Assembly: GCA_036502145.1 (NCBI GenBank)
Contig: DASXZB010000013.1
Location: 46,869 to 110,868, forward strand
Direction: 5' to 3'
From: Solirubrobacteraceae bacterium
Lineage (GTDB): Bacteria; Actinomycetota; Thermoleophilia; Solirubrobacterales; Solirubrobacteraceae
Length of the DNA: 64,000 bases
In this document: positions 50,701 to 58,215 of the stretch, one piece after another
Position numbering within the stretch: the stretch's first letter is position 1
Layout of the letters: the number at the start of each line of letters is the position of its first letter
Made by a program: the position numbers and the translations under genes
Notes under the pieces: model-generated
Told to the model about the DNA's origin: nothing
Database searches by the model: none
The model's input: the letters and a program-made list of their open reading frames with translations, nothing else

Positions 50701-51035
50701 GCGGCCGGCGTGTAGCGCCACGGGAAGTCCTCGTCGTAGAAGTCGACCGCCGGCAGGTAGTTGGCTTCGAAGTTGGTGATCCAGTCCAGCGGCTCGGTCT
50801 TGACGACCGCGCGGCTGTCGATGCCCACCACATCGCCGGGACCGTAGAGGGCGATGTTCTGCGCGATCGTCTGGGTCAACTCGACGCCGCCGCCGATCGG
50901 ATCGCCGCTGAGCTGCACCGATGCGTCGATCGAGGCCCGCGTCTTGACCGTCGCGTCGCCGTCGGAGCTGGCAATCGTGTTCGCGACCCCCTGACGCAGC
51001 CAGGGCAGGAACGAGTAGGAGGCGATCGAGCTCAC
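47733..51035 (-). CDS. Hypothetical protein, 1100 aa, with an internal hydrophobic hairpin; gene 3 of the operon
   Basis: GTGA overlap with the upstream gene; motifs YSFLPWLRQG, DFPWRYTP, GDFEYLV, GLNHEFARKLLWREYPTDQRGSYFRQFWD; about 37 hydrophobic aa encoded at ~49085-49195. Confidence 0.88.
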   Translation of the reverse strand: MSSIASYSFLPWLRQGVANTIASSDGDATVKTRASIDASVQLSGDPIGGGVELTQTIAQNIALYGPGDVVGIDSRAVVKTEPLDWITNFEANYLPAVDFYDEDFPWRYTPAAPDASGLKLRPWITLIVLQESEFDPGQSGANRPLPYITVPATGSFPPADELWAWAHVHFNQSLAGSATELVSPDMTAVLPRVESILSGNPDAAYARLLCPRRLQDNTAYQAFVIPTFETGRLAGLGLDPSGAPDATHSAWAAYSGRPEPTNHPFYLSWFFRTGSTGDFEYLVRQLKAQPVDHRVGMRNMDLQDPGSNIPVIPGPGLDGILRLGGALQVPIQDLTQAEQNERAEYDNWDQPYPQPFQTALASFIDLADDYAAQAAAAANAASGLGAGVDDDPDPLITSPLYGRWHALTQRLLTNRDGTPAPDRTNWVHKLNLDPRFRVPAGFGADVVETNAEQYMNYAWEQIGDVLAANLLIRRLHLAVGVSTRWHVAHLVPLAAVSPERALTLAAPVASRVLASPTTIAHQQSRSRVQPVLTSGAMRRTVRRGARLMRSLPFDASATPHNLLTRINAGEVSAAPPKVVPPGVATVDQAAGAAAPQEVPNWILSLLEKYRWAPDALLVIAVLIVLEALLTLPLKLALALVAVFGAAVAYVYRLLEQWQAAGQASETISEAGQTPASVDRLPDSPDFVLAQPGSGLRPTTGATDSPTAARFKDALRDSFTLLDASQAAAPKFTPQTLDLSALAGTVVDAIEPATTIPARGLSMISIPPWITTQLGESFGEVMAYPKIDLPMYEPLKAISIELFLPNINLIPENSITLIETNQKFIESYMVGLNHEFARKLLWREYPTDQRGSYFRQFWDVRSHIDPEGLSGDPLKEKLYDIPELHRWSLQSDLGTHNNRAVSGQTGEQAVLVIRGELLKKYPTAVIYAQRAAWAMTDGQIDLSKPRTLVGDDNPQLNDPNVVRTPRYEAKADPDIYFFGFDLTVAQVKGDSGQHSGDDPGWFFVIKQRPGEPRFGLELDRSALEIFDDLTWDDALPGGAPGQFLAANSLATVTLATPDPEAQAQHADDVQVNGAAVSSARWAYLLFRAPIMVAVHADEMLA

Positions 51036-54000
51036 ACGGCGACCTCGAATGCCGGTAACACGTGCAGCGCCCCCGACAGGGAGGGATCAGCGGCGACCGT
51101 TCGCGCCAGGTGATCAGCCGCCGCGGCCTGGCTGGAGAAGGTTGCATCGCCGGCGAACGCCGTGTTGTCCGCCTGGTGGGCGACCACGAACTGCTCCGCG
51201 CCCAGTCCGATCGATCCGTCGAACGGGTGCGTCTGGTCGTGTACGTATGCCGACAGCGGGGACCGAGCGACGCTCGCGCCGAGTAGGAAGTGATCGAACA
51301 GATCGCCGGTGAGGCCGAAGAACCGGCGGTGGTCCTCCAGCAGCCTGGTGTCAATGATCGTCAGGTCGTAGCGGACAACCCGGGTGATCGCCGTGCCCGA
51401 GCGATAGAGGTGCCCGGCCGCTGACAGCTCGATGCCGCTGTCCTGCGGCTGGAAGGCCGCCTGCGAGAGCTTGGTGGCGTCGTCGTAGTCGTTGAACTGC
51501 GAGGGGGCGAAGGATTCCTGCAGCTCGCGGCGCGTTATCAAGTCCGGGGAGGCCGAGGTCAGCGCGAAGCGGTTTGCGTCACTCGCCGACTGGTTGCCGA
51601 CCTTGCTGATCGTCAGGTCGAGCGGGACCGCGCGCTGGCTGATCTGCAGGGTCCCCACGGGGTGCAGCACGAAGTCCGCCTCGCTGGGGTCCAGCTTGCG
51701 CAGGGACACCAGCAGGTTGGCGCCACTGGGCAGGACCGCCTTCCAGTTGCTGCGCTTGTCGAGCTCGCCGACCAGGATCGGCATCACCGCGACCGGAGGC
51801 AGCGTGGTGTCGCGGCTGTCGCCAAAGGTGATGTCGATCGGGATGCTGACCGAGAAGAAGAAGAACGACAGCGAGCCGCTGCCCCTGGCGTGCCACGGGG
51901 TGGGGCCATCGAGCGTGAGATCGATGTCGATCCCAAACACCCCGATGCCGAACACCTTGACCGAGAACGAGGTCGAGATGCCGACCGTGAAGTGAAACGG
52001 CGAGAACTGGATCAGCGCGTCGAATCCGGAGCTCCCCTGCACCGAGCACGCGGAGAACCCGAAGAAGTACTCGCTCTGAGCCCCAAACTGGACCGTGTTC
52101 GTGGTCACCGCAAAGTACCCATCACAGCGGATCCGCGCGTAGGACTCGTTGATGATGTCCACCTCAACCCGCCGGGGCGTGGGGAACGGCAGCGGCGGAG
52201 GGTTGAACTGAGGGTGAAAGCCGCCCACCGAGAGCACGAAGTTGGCATTGTCACCCCAGCCGAACAGCAGCCCCATCTCACCCTCGATGGTGATGAACAG
52301 GATGTGCGAGTCATACAGCGAGGCGAAGAAGTAGCCCCGCTGCTTGTCGAACTCCAGGGCCCCGGCGAAGTTCACCTGCAGCAGCAGGATCTCCAGCTCG
52401 TCGGCCGGCAGTGCCACCTTGAGCACACCCAGGATCGCGATGTCGCCGGGTGGAATCTCGATGATCACGCCCAGTGACAGGCTGACCAGCGTCGGCTCGC
52501 CCCATCCCAGCTTCGCCATCGGCCCGATCAGGAACGTGCCATCTTGGGGCGGGAAGATGGCCCGCAGGTCGCTGATGATCCGCGGCGCATTGGCGACCAC
52601 GTCCTGCGGGAACATGATGCTGTCGATCGAGCCGCTGCGAACCCCGTCCATCAGCGGTCCGAACAGCATCGCCCGGTTGAGCCCGATCAGCCCGCCGACC
52701 GCGTTCAGGGTAAAGCCGAATCCGAGCTGGATGCCCGCGCCGAAGTCCGCCGTGATGATGATCAGCAGCGAGAACCCGGACGACCCGTCGGGCAGCCGGG
52801 TGTCGATCAGCCCGATCGCGCTGAGATCCAGGAAATCTGCGAACTTGAGCTGCAGCGCGCCGGCGTACTGCCCGTGCTCGGCGTCGATGTACAAGAAGCC
52901 CCCGCCGCTGACGATCCCGGCGTCGACCGACAGCCCCACTCCGTTGGGCGGTTTGAAGGCCAGCGAGACGTCCGCGGGGCCAAGGTTCCCGCCGTGGTCG
53001 GGGAACGTCGTGTTCACGCTGAGCCCGATCCGATCGACCGAGGCGGTCAGCGGTCCCAGGTTGGCGGAGAAGGCGCCCGACAGCTCGGCGGGGAGCGCAC
53101 CGCCGCTCAGACCGAGCTGCAGGTAGAGCTTGTCGACCTCGATCGGGCCGAGGCTGAGATGGCTGGGGATCGCGATCTGGATCGCTGAGCTGCCCTCGAT
53201 CTGAAACCCGGAGCTCGGCGACCACTGCAGCTTGAAGTCGAGGTTGGCGTCGATGTTCGTCCCGCCGGTGATCGTCGAGATGAAGCCGTCGCCGCCGGAC
53301 ATGTCGATCTTCAGGTGGCCGCCGGTGAACGCACCTGAGACCGACGGCTCGGCGCTGACTCCGCCGGTGCCCGCCAAGGCGGTCACGCCTACCGTGAAGC
53401 TGATCTGCTGCGCCTCGAGCTTGGTCGCGCCCGCCTCGGCGAACAGGACCACGGTGCCGCCGGTCCGCTGCGCGGCCAGCCCGATCTCGAGATCGACGGT
53501 CACGGTCCCCGTCGGCGGCGCGAAGCCGATCTGCAGCGGAGCGGCGACGGTGCCCTCGAGGCCGGCGTCAAACCGCGCCTTGGCGCTGAGCGCAAGGTTC
53601 CACAGCGAGCCCAGCGGATATGTGCGCTCGAAGTCCTCGATCGCGTCGAAGCGCAGCCGAAAGGTCAGCTTGGGTGGGCTCGCCGTGGGATCCACGCTGA
53701 GGCGCAGCAGATAGGCCTCCAGGATCAGCGGCTGCCCGGGAGCCGCGATCACGTCGACCGGGAGCTTCATCTCCTGCAGATAGCCCTGCAGGAGCGCGAA
53801 CAGCTGGCTCCCGTCGAAGGCCGGGGTTCCGAAGCCGAATGCCGCCTCGAGGTAGGTCTGCGGACTGAGCAGCGCGTTGACCAGGCGATCCAGATGCACC
53901 GCCCGCAGCTGGGCCGGCGGTGCGACCGGATCGGCGGGATCCCCGGGGACCGGCCGGTCGTCGACCACGCCCAGCAGCGTCAGCGTCGGCATGATCGTCG

Positions 54001-54457
54001 GCCCCTTGGCGCGCAGGTACTCGACCAGCGTGAAGTCGAGCAGCTTGCGCGGAAGCCCGGCGGCGAAGCTCTCGAGCTCCGCCTGCTGGGCTGGCGTCAG
54101 TCCGCCGGCGGCGGCCAGCGCCGCGCTGAGGTCGGTGCCGATCGCGGCGCCGCCGGTCAGGACGTCCCGGAGCTTGCCGATCAGGCTGAGCCCGGCCGAC
54201 ACGATCTGAGCTGCGTCATCGGCGGTGATCGCGTTGATCAGCTGCTCGATCGCCGGCTCCAGCGCTCCGGCCGCGGTGGCGGTGGTCGATATCGCGGCGG
54301 CGAGCTGAGCATCGGCGGCGATCGGGGGCGGGAGCCGCAGCCCCAGCTCGGTGATGAATGCCTCGGCGTTGCCCGAGGCCAGCCGGTCCTCCAAGGGCTG
54401 CAGCGCGGTGGCCAGCTCGCGCGCCAGCAGCTCCAGAGTTCCGGCTTCACCGGCCAC
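51032..54457 (-). CDS. DUF6603-like large beta-rich protein, 1141 aa; gene 2 of the operon
   Basis: Start moved to GTG 54457, 5 nt after the S8 stop. Helical N-terminus, then long alternating beta strands with PPNGVGLSVDAGIVSGGGFL, IQLGFGFTLNAVGGLIGLNR, SVGGFHP, GFDALIQFSPFHF, GPTPWHARG. Family call from memory. Confidence 0.8.
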   Translation of the reverse strand: MAGEAGTLELLARELATALQPLEDRLASGNAEAFITELGLRLPPPIAADAQLAAAISTTATAAGALEPAIEQLINAITADDAAQIVSAGLSLIGKLRDVLTGGAAIGTDLSAALAAAGGLTPAQQAELESFAAGLPRKLLDFTLVEYLRAKGPTIMPTLTLLGVVDDRPVPGDPADPVAPPAQLRAVHLDRLVNALLSPQTYLEAAFGFGTPAFDGSQLFALLQGYLQEMKLPVDVIAAPGQPLILEAYLLRLSVDPTASPPKLTFRLRFDAIEDFERTYPLGSLWNLALSAKARFDAGLEGTVAAPLQIGFAPPTGTVTVDLEIGLAAQRTGGTVVLFAEAGATKLEAQQISFTVGVTALAGTGGVSAEPSVSGAFTGGHLKIDMSGGDGFISTITGGTNIDANLDFKLQWSPSSGFQIEGSSAIQIAIPSHLSLGPIEVDKLYLQLGLSGGALPAELSGAFSANLGPLTASVDRIGLSVNTTFPDHGGNLGPADVSLAFKPPNGVGLSVDAGIVSGGGFLYIDAEHGQYAGALQLKFADFLDLSAIGLIDTRLPDGSSGFSLLIIITADFGAGIQLGFGFTLNAVGGLIGLNRAMLFGPLMDGVRSGSIDSIMFPQDVVANAPRIISDLRAIFPPQDGTFLIGPMAKLGWGEPTLVSLSLGVIIEIPPGDIAILGVLKVALPADELEILLLQVNFAGALEFDKQRGYFFASLYDSHILFITIEGEMGLLFGWGDNANFVLSVGGFHPQFNPPPLPFPTPRRVEVDIINESYARIRCDGYFAVTTNTVQFGAQSEYFFGFSACSVQGSSGFDALIQFSPFHFTVGISTSFSVKVFGIGVFGIDIDLTLDGPTPWHARGSGSLSFFFFSVSIPIDITFGDSRDTTLPPVAVMPILVGELDKRSNWKAVLPSGANLLVSLRKLDPSEADFVLHPVGTLQISQRAVPLDLTISKVGNQSASDANRFALTSASPDLITRRELQESFAPSQFNDYDDATKLSQAAFQPQDSGIELSAAGHLYRSGTAITRVVRYDLTIIDTRLLEDHRRFFGLTGDLFDHFLLGASVARSPLSAYVHDQTHPFDGSIGLGAEQFVVAHQADNTAFAGDATFSSQAAAADHLARTVAADPSLSGALHVLPAFEVAV

Positions 54458-54462
54458 GCCGC

Positions 54463-57135
54463 CTACCCCGCCAGTCGCCGTTGGCCGGATTGGGCCAGGA
54501 CCGCGCCGGCCAGCTCGAGCGCCAGCGGGCGGTAGCGCTCGACGTCCTCGCGCAGCGCGGCGCTGCCGTGATCGTGGAGCAGCTCGAGCATCCGCTCCAG
54601 CCACTCGATCAGCGGCCGCCCTGAGACCACCGGCGCCAGCTGCACCGGCTGGCCGTCGGCGAATCGCATCGCCTGGCGCAGCAGATCGGGCCCGTGGGCG
54701 CGGTGCCACACGATCAGGATCCGTCGGTTGCTGTTGACCAACCGCTTGACCTCGTCGTAGTGGGTGCTGGCCAGCGCCGCCAGCAGCGAGCCGACCGGGC
54801 TGGCCGCGGCCTGGGCGCGGAGCGCGGCGATCCGCCGCCGCGTGGGGATCTCGGCAGGCCAGGTCGCCGCCGGGGGCAGCGAGACGACGCGCAACCGCGA
54901 GTCGCTGCCGTCCGCGTGACCGCTGACGGCACCTACCGCGTTGGCGCCGTCGACGATCCCGGCCCCCCAGTCGGTGTTCGGCAGCGTGGGAGCGGTTATC
55001 GGATCCGGAGGCACGCAGTTGGTGACCAGGAACTGGCGGATGGCGTTGAAGTCCAGCTGAGCATTGGTTTCCAGCATCAGCGCGACGATCCCGGTGACGT
55101 GCGGCGCCGCCATGCTCGTCCCGTCCATGTCGATGTAGAACGAGTAACAGCAGTCACACCAGCAGCCCGGGTCGCGGAACCTGTTCTTGACCGATGCGAT
55201 CTTGACCCCGGGTGCGCACAGATCCGGCTTGCCGAGCTTGTTCGGCCGCGTGTCGGTGTCGGTGGTCGGGCCCCGGCTCGAGAAGCTCGCCAGCGTGTTG
55301 TGGCGATAGTCGTAGGCGCCGACGGTTATCACGTTGGCTGCCGCGGCCGGGTGGGCAATCGTGATCGTGCCGTCCTGGTCGGCGACGGCGAACGTCGGCT
55401 GCTTGTCAGCGGGGTCCAGGCTGATCCAGGCGTCCACGTCGGTGTCGGTCCCCGCCGTCTCGGTGAGGGTGACGGTCCAGGTTCCGGCGGCGATCGGGAG
55501 CGGCGGCGGCGTGGTCCCCGCCGGCGGCGGGTTAACCGGTGCCGGCGGGGCGAGCTGGAGGAAGACCTCGTGCTTGTGGCGCGGGTTGTTGGGCGGGTAG
55601 GGCCACGTGGCCGGCGGCTGCTCGATGTAGGACAACACGTCGGCGGTGGCCGCCTGCGGTTGACCGGGAGCGGTGGCGGTGAGCACCAGCGTGCTGTGAA
55701 CGGGAGTGCCGGCCGCGGCGGGCGGCGCGACCAGGGCACCCGCCGCCCAGCCCGCGGGCGGTGTCAGTGTGAACGCAAGCCGCGCCGCTCCCTCGTACCA
55801 GATGTCGATTTGGTCCGGTCTGACGTCCCCGGCGGCGACGACGAAGCTGAACGTCGCCGAGCCGTTGGCCGCGACATGCTTGCGTGTGTGCATCCCCACC
55901 TCCGTCTCGCTGGGCAGCGTGGGATCGGTCAGCCCGCCGTCGTTGCCGGCTGCGACGACGATCGCCCGGCCGGGGACCCCGGCGCCGGCGCCGTCGACGA
56001 GCAGGCTGTTCAGCGCCAGCTCGTCCTCGTAGGTGCCGTCGTGCGGTCCGGACTGGCCGCCCAGGCTCAGGTTCACCACCGCCGGCTTGCCCGCCGCCTG
56101 AGCCTGTGCGAATACGTAGCTGACGCCCCGAGTGTTGTCGCGGTCGGTGAACGTGGTCTTGACGATCACCAGATCGGCGTCCGGCGCCACGCCCACGAAG
56201 GTGTTGGCGCCGCTGCAGTTGCCCGCTTGCGACCCGTTGCCGGCGGCGATGCCGGCGACGTGCGTACCGTGCCCTGAAGTGGCCGGATCGATGGATGGGA
56301 ATCCCTGATCGGGGTGGGGCAGCGCGTCGTTGATGTTGGCGGCATTGAATTCGCGTCCGTTGAGGATGCTGAGCGCGGCCGCCGGGTCGCCACTCAAAGA
56401 CCACGACCCGAACATGAGGGCGACCTCGACGCCGGCATAGCGGCCCACGAAGTCGACCGTCACCGGCGTGCCGGGCAGCGGCCCTCCGGCCACGGCGATG
56501 TCGGTCGCGGTGATGATCCCGCCCGGCATCGCCTGAAGCGCGGTCTGCACCGCAGCCGCGGTGGCGTTGAACGGGATCGGCGCGGTTGACGGGATGGGGC
56601 TCGGCGCCGGCCCGGCCACGGGCCCCTGCCAGAACAGCGTGAACGTCCCACCGGTCGGTGAGCCGCCGATCGAAATGGTCTGTCTGAGCGTCAGGTCCAG
56701 GAGCCAGAGGATCCTCGTCGTTCCGTCCGGCTTTACGAAGTTGTGGTGAAAGACGTCGATCCCGCCGTCCACGATCCCCACGACCACCCCGGTTCCCCCG
56801 GTTGTCCCGACGTGGGCGTGGTCGGCGTGGATCGCCGGGACGCTGTTGTTGATGTGCGGGTGCTGCTCGCGCTCGGCCCGGATCGACAGCACCTCGTCGC
56901 ACTCGGCCACCCGCTCCAGATCACCCAACGCGATGGTCCCGCTGGCGATCTCGCCCGCCACCAGGTCGACCTGCAGGCCGGCGCGCTGGGCCGCTTCGAG
57001 ATCTCCGTGGAAGCGAACCCACACGCCCACGCGCCTGGCCTCGAGCCCGGGGTCGCGGTCCTCGCCGAGTGCGCGCTGGGTCCGCCCCAGCTCGAGCAGC
57101 TCCTGGTTCAACCTCGGATCGAGCTTTGCGTTCAC
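54463..57135 (-). CDS. S8 subtilisin-like serine protease (CspA-like), no signal peptide, with inserted domains; gene 1 of the operon
   Basis: Catalytic triad VGIVDGGID / HGTHVAGIAAG / GTSMAAPHVTG, oxyanion AAGND, FSSRGP, KPDLCAPG; CWCDCC just before the catalytic Ser. Confidence 0.92.
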   Translation of the reverse strand: MNAKLDPRLNQELLELGRTQRALGEDRDPGLEARRVGVWVRFHGDLEAAQRAGLQVDLVAGEIASGTIALGDLERVAECDEVLSIRAEREQHPHINNSVPAIHADHAHVGTTGGTGVVVGIVDGGIDVFHHNFVKPDGTTRILWLLDLTLRQTISIGGSPTGGTFTLFWQGPVAGPAPSPIPSTAPIPFNATAAAVQTALQAMPGGIITATDIAVAGGPLPGTPVTVDFVGRYAGVEVALMFGSWSLSGDPAAALSILNGREFNAANINDALPHPDQGFPSIDPATSGHGTHVAGIAAGNGSQAGNCSGANTFVGVAPDADLVIVKTTFTDRDNTRGVSYVFAQAQAAGKPAVVNLSLGGQSGPHDGTYEDELALNSLLVDGAGAGVPGRAIVVAAGNDGGLTDPTLPSETEVGMHTRKHVAANGSATFSFVVAAGDVRPDQIDIWYEGAARLAFTLTPPAGWAAGALVAPPAAAGTPVHSTLVLTATAPGQPQAATADVLSYIEQPPATWPYPPNNPRHKHEVFLQLAPPAPVNPPPAGTTPPPLPIAAGTWTVTLTETAGTDTDVDAWISLDPADKQPTFAVADQDGTITIAHPAAAANVITVGAYDYRHNTLASFSSRGPTTDTDTRPNKLGKPDLCAPGVKIASVKNRFRDPGCWCDCCYSFYIDMDGTSMAAPHVTGIVALMLETNAQLDFNAIRQFLVTNCVPPDPITAPTLPNTDWGAGIVDGANAVGAVSGHADGSDSRLRVVSLPPAATWPAEIPTRRRIAALRAQAAASPVGSLLAALASTHYDEVKRLVNSNRRILIVWHRAHGPDLLRQAMRFADGQPVQLAPVVSGRPLIEWLERMLELLHDHGSAALREDVERYRPLALELAGAVLAQSGQRRLAG

Positions 57136-57209
57136 GCGCGTGCGGCACGCCGAAGGCGGCGCTCGTCGCCGACTGGCTCGGCACGCTGCACGTCGTCCGC
57201 CGGTGTCAC
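57132..57209 (-). other. Candidate 25-aa leader ORF coupled to the S8 gene
   Basis: AAAGGA-N7-GTG; MTPADDVQRAEPVGDERRLRRAARA*; its TGA overlaps the S8 GTG (GTGA). Confidence 0.4.
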
Positions 57210-57357
57210 CCCCACGTCCTTTCCCTTTCCCCGGTTGTGACCCGCGGCGATCGTCTCAAACCGGCGGAGCGCGTGTCAACAGTTGTGGCCTAACGATGGA
57301 GAAAACGAGCGCCCGGCCCACGCCGTGGCGCTGCAGCCACTAAGGCCCGGCGGTCCG

Positions 57358-57756
57358 CTAGTCCGGCTCGATCTTCCAGGTCGGCAGCTCGGCCAGCGCC
57401 TGCCGGTATCGCCGCCGGTGCAGGGGGCGGAAGAACATGCTCCAGCTGGTCGCAGCCACCGCCACCAGGACCAGGCCGCCCAGCGCCTTGCCGACGATGA
57501 TGAACGCCACCACGCAGACCAGCGCCACGATCGAGATCACCATCGGGACGCGCCGGAAGCGAAGCTGGGTCCGGCGGATCGCGGCGTACTGGTCGAGCGG
57601 GATCCGGTTGGTGTTCCAGGCCCGTCCGCACTTCTCACACGTCCACCGCTCCCCGTAGCGCACCTGGCGCTTCTCGCCGCAGTCGCAGGTCAGCGTGATC
57701 GGCGGGCCACGCCGAACCGACCGGGGCAGCGTCGCCGCATCGTCGCCGGAGGCCAT
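57358..57756 (-). CDS. Small membrane protein with a zinc-ribbon-like motif
   Basis: CDC...CEKC followed by two TM helices; last gene of the gmaS-mgs run. Confidence 0.7.
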   Translation of the reverse strand: MASGDDAATLPRSVRRGPPITLTCDCGEKRQVRYGERWTCEKCGRAWNTNRIPLDQYAAIRRTQLRFRRVPMVISIVALVCVVAFIIVGKALGGLVLVAVAATSWSMFFRPLHRRRYRQALAELPTWKIEPD

Positions 57757-57768
57757 GTCAACGCGACA

Positions 57769-58215
57769 TTAGTGGGGCGCGGGCTCCCAACCCTCCAGCA
57801 CCGCCGGCTTCCAATCCGTGCCGACGGTCTTGGAGTCCGGGACCCAGGGCCCCAGCTCGGGCTGCGGGAACTTGCAGTAGCGCTCCTTGAGCGCGATCCC
57901 GTAGGAGTTTCCCGCCTGCAGGTGCTTGATCAGCACCTTGCGCGCGATCTCGTCCTCACGGCCCGGCGGGATCTCGAAGTAGATCTTGATGAACGAGTTC
58001 GAGTAGCGGTCGAACACGGCCGGAACGCCCTCCTCGGCGAGCAGCGTGATGTCCTCGAGCCAGTTGATGTCCTCGCCGGGTGTGGCGGCCACCAGGTCGA
58101 CATCGTCGACCAGGCTGATGTCCTCCTGGTAGTCAAAGCGCTTGCCCGACAGGTACTCGGAGTCGATCGCGAACACCTTCTGGGGCTCGGCGGGGAGCTG
58201 TCGCACGTCGCTCAT
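57769..58215 (-). CDS. Acidic hypothetical protein (148 aa) coupled to mgsC
   Basis: CAGGAGG SD before ATG 58215; ATGA overlap with the mgsC stop. Corresponds to the C-terminal part of ORF-track 57769..59448. Confidence 0.78.
   Translation of the reverse strand: MSDVRQLPAEPQKVFAIDSEYLSGKRFDYQEDISLVDDVDLVAATPGEDINWLEDITLLAEEGVPAVFDRYSNSFIKIYFEIPPGREDEIARKVLIKHLQAGNSYGIALKERYCKFPQPELGPWVPDSKTVGTDWKPAVLEGWEPAPH

Noticed and set aside
54458-54709. ORF-track N-terminal extensions (DUF6603-like to 54709; similarly betC to 18954, gmaS to 63057, SBP from 20326, permease from 21699)
   Set aside because: The extensions overlap neighbouring genes or promoters and are low-complexity. Downstream starts with an SD or coupling fit better.
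44925-55165. Similar short motifs DTCCYRF (1878-aa protein) and CDCCYSF (S8)
   Set aside because: Too short to distinguish from chance.
40209-57135. Prophage, eCIS/T6SS, Tc toxin or NRPS/PKS interpretation of the giant operon
   Set aside because: No recognisable terminase, portal, sheath, baseplate, VgrG, RHS/YD, SpvB, adenylation or ketosynthase motifs. Remote structural homology cannot be excluded without a search.
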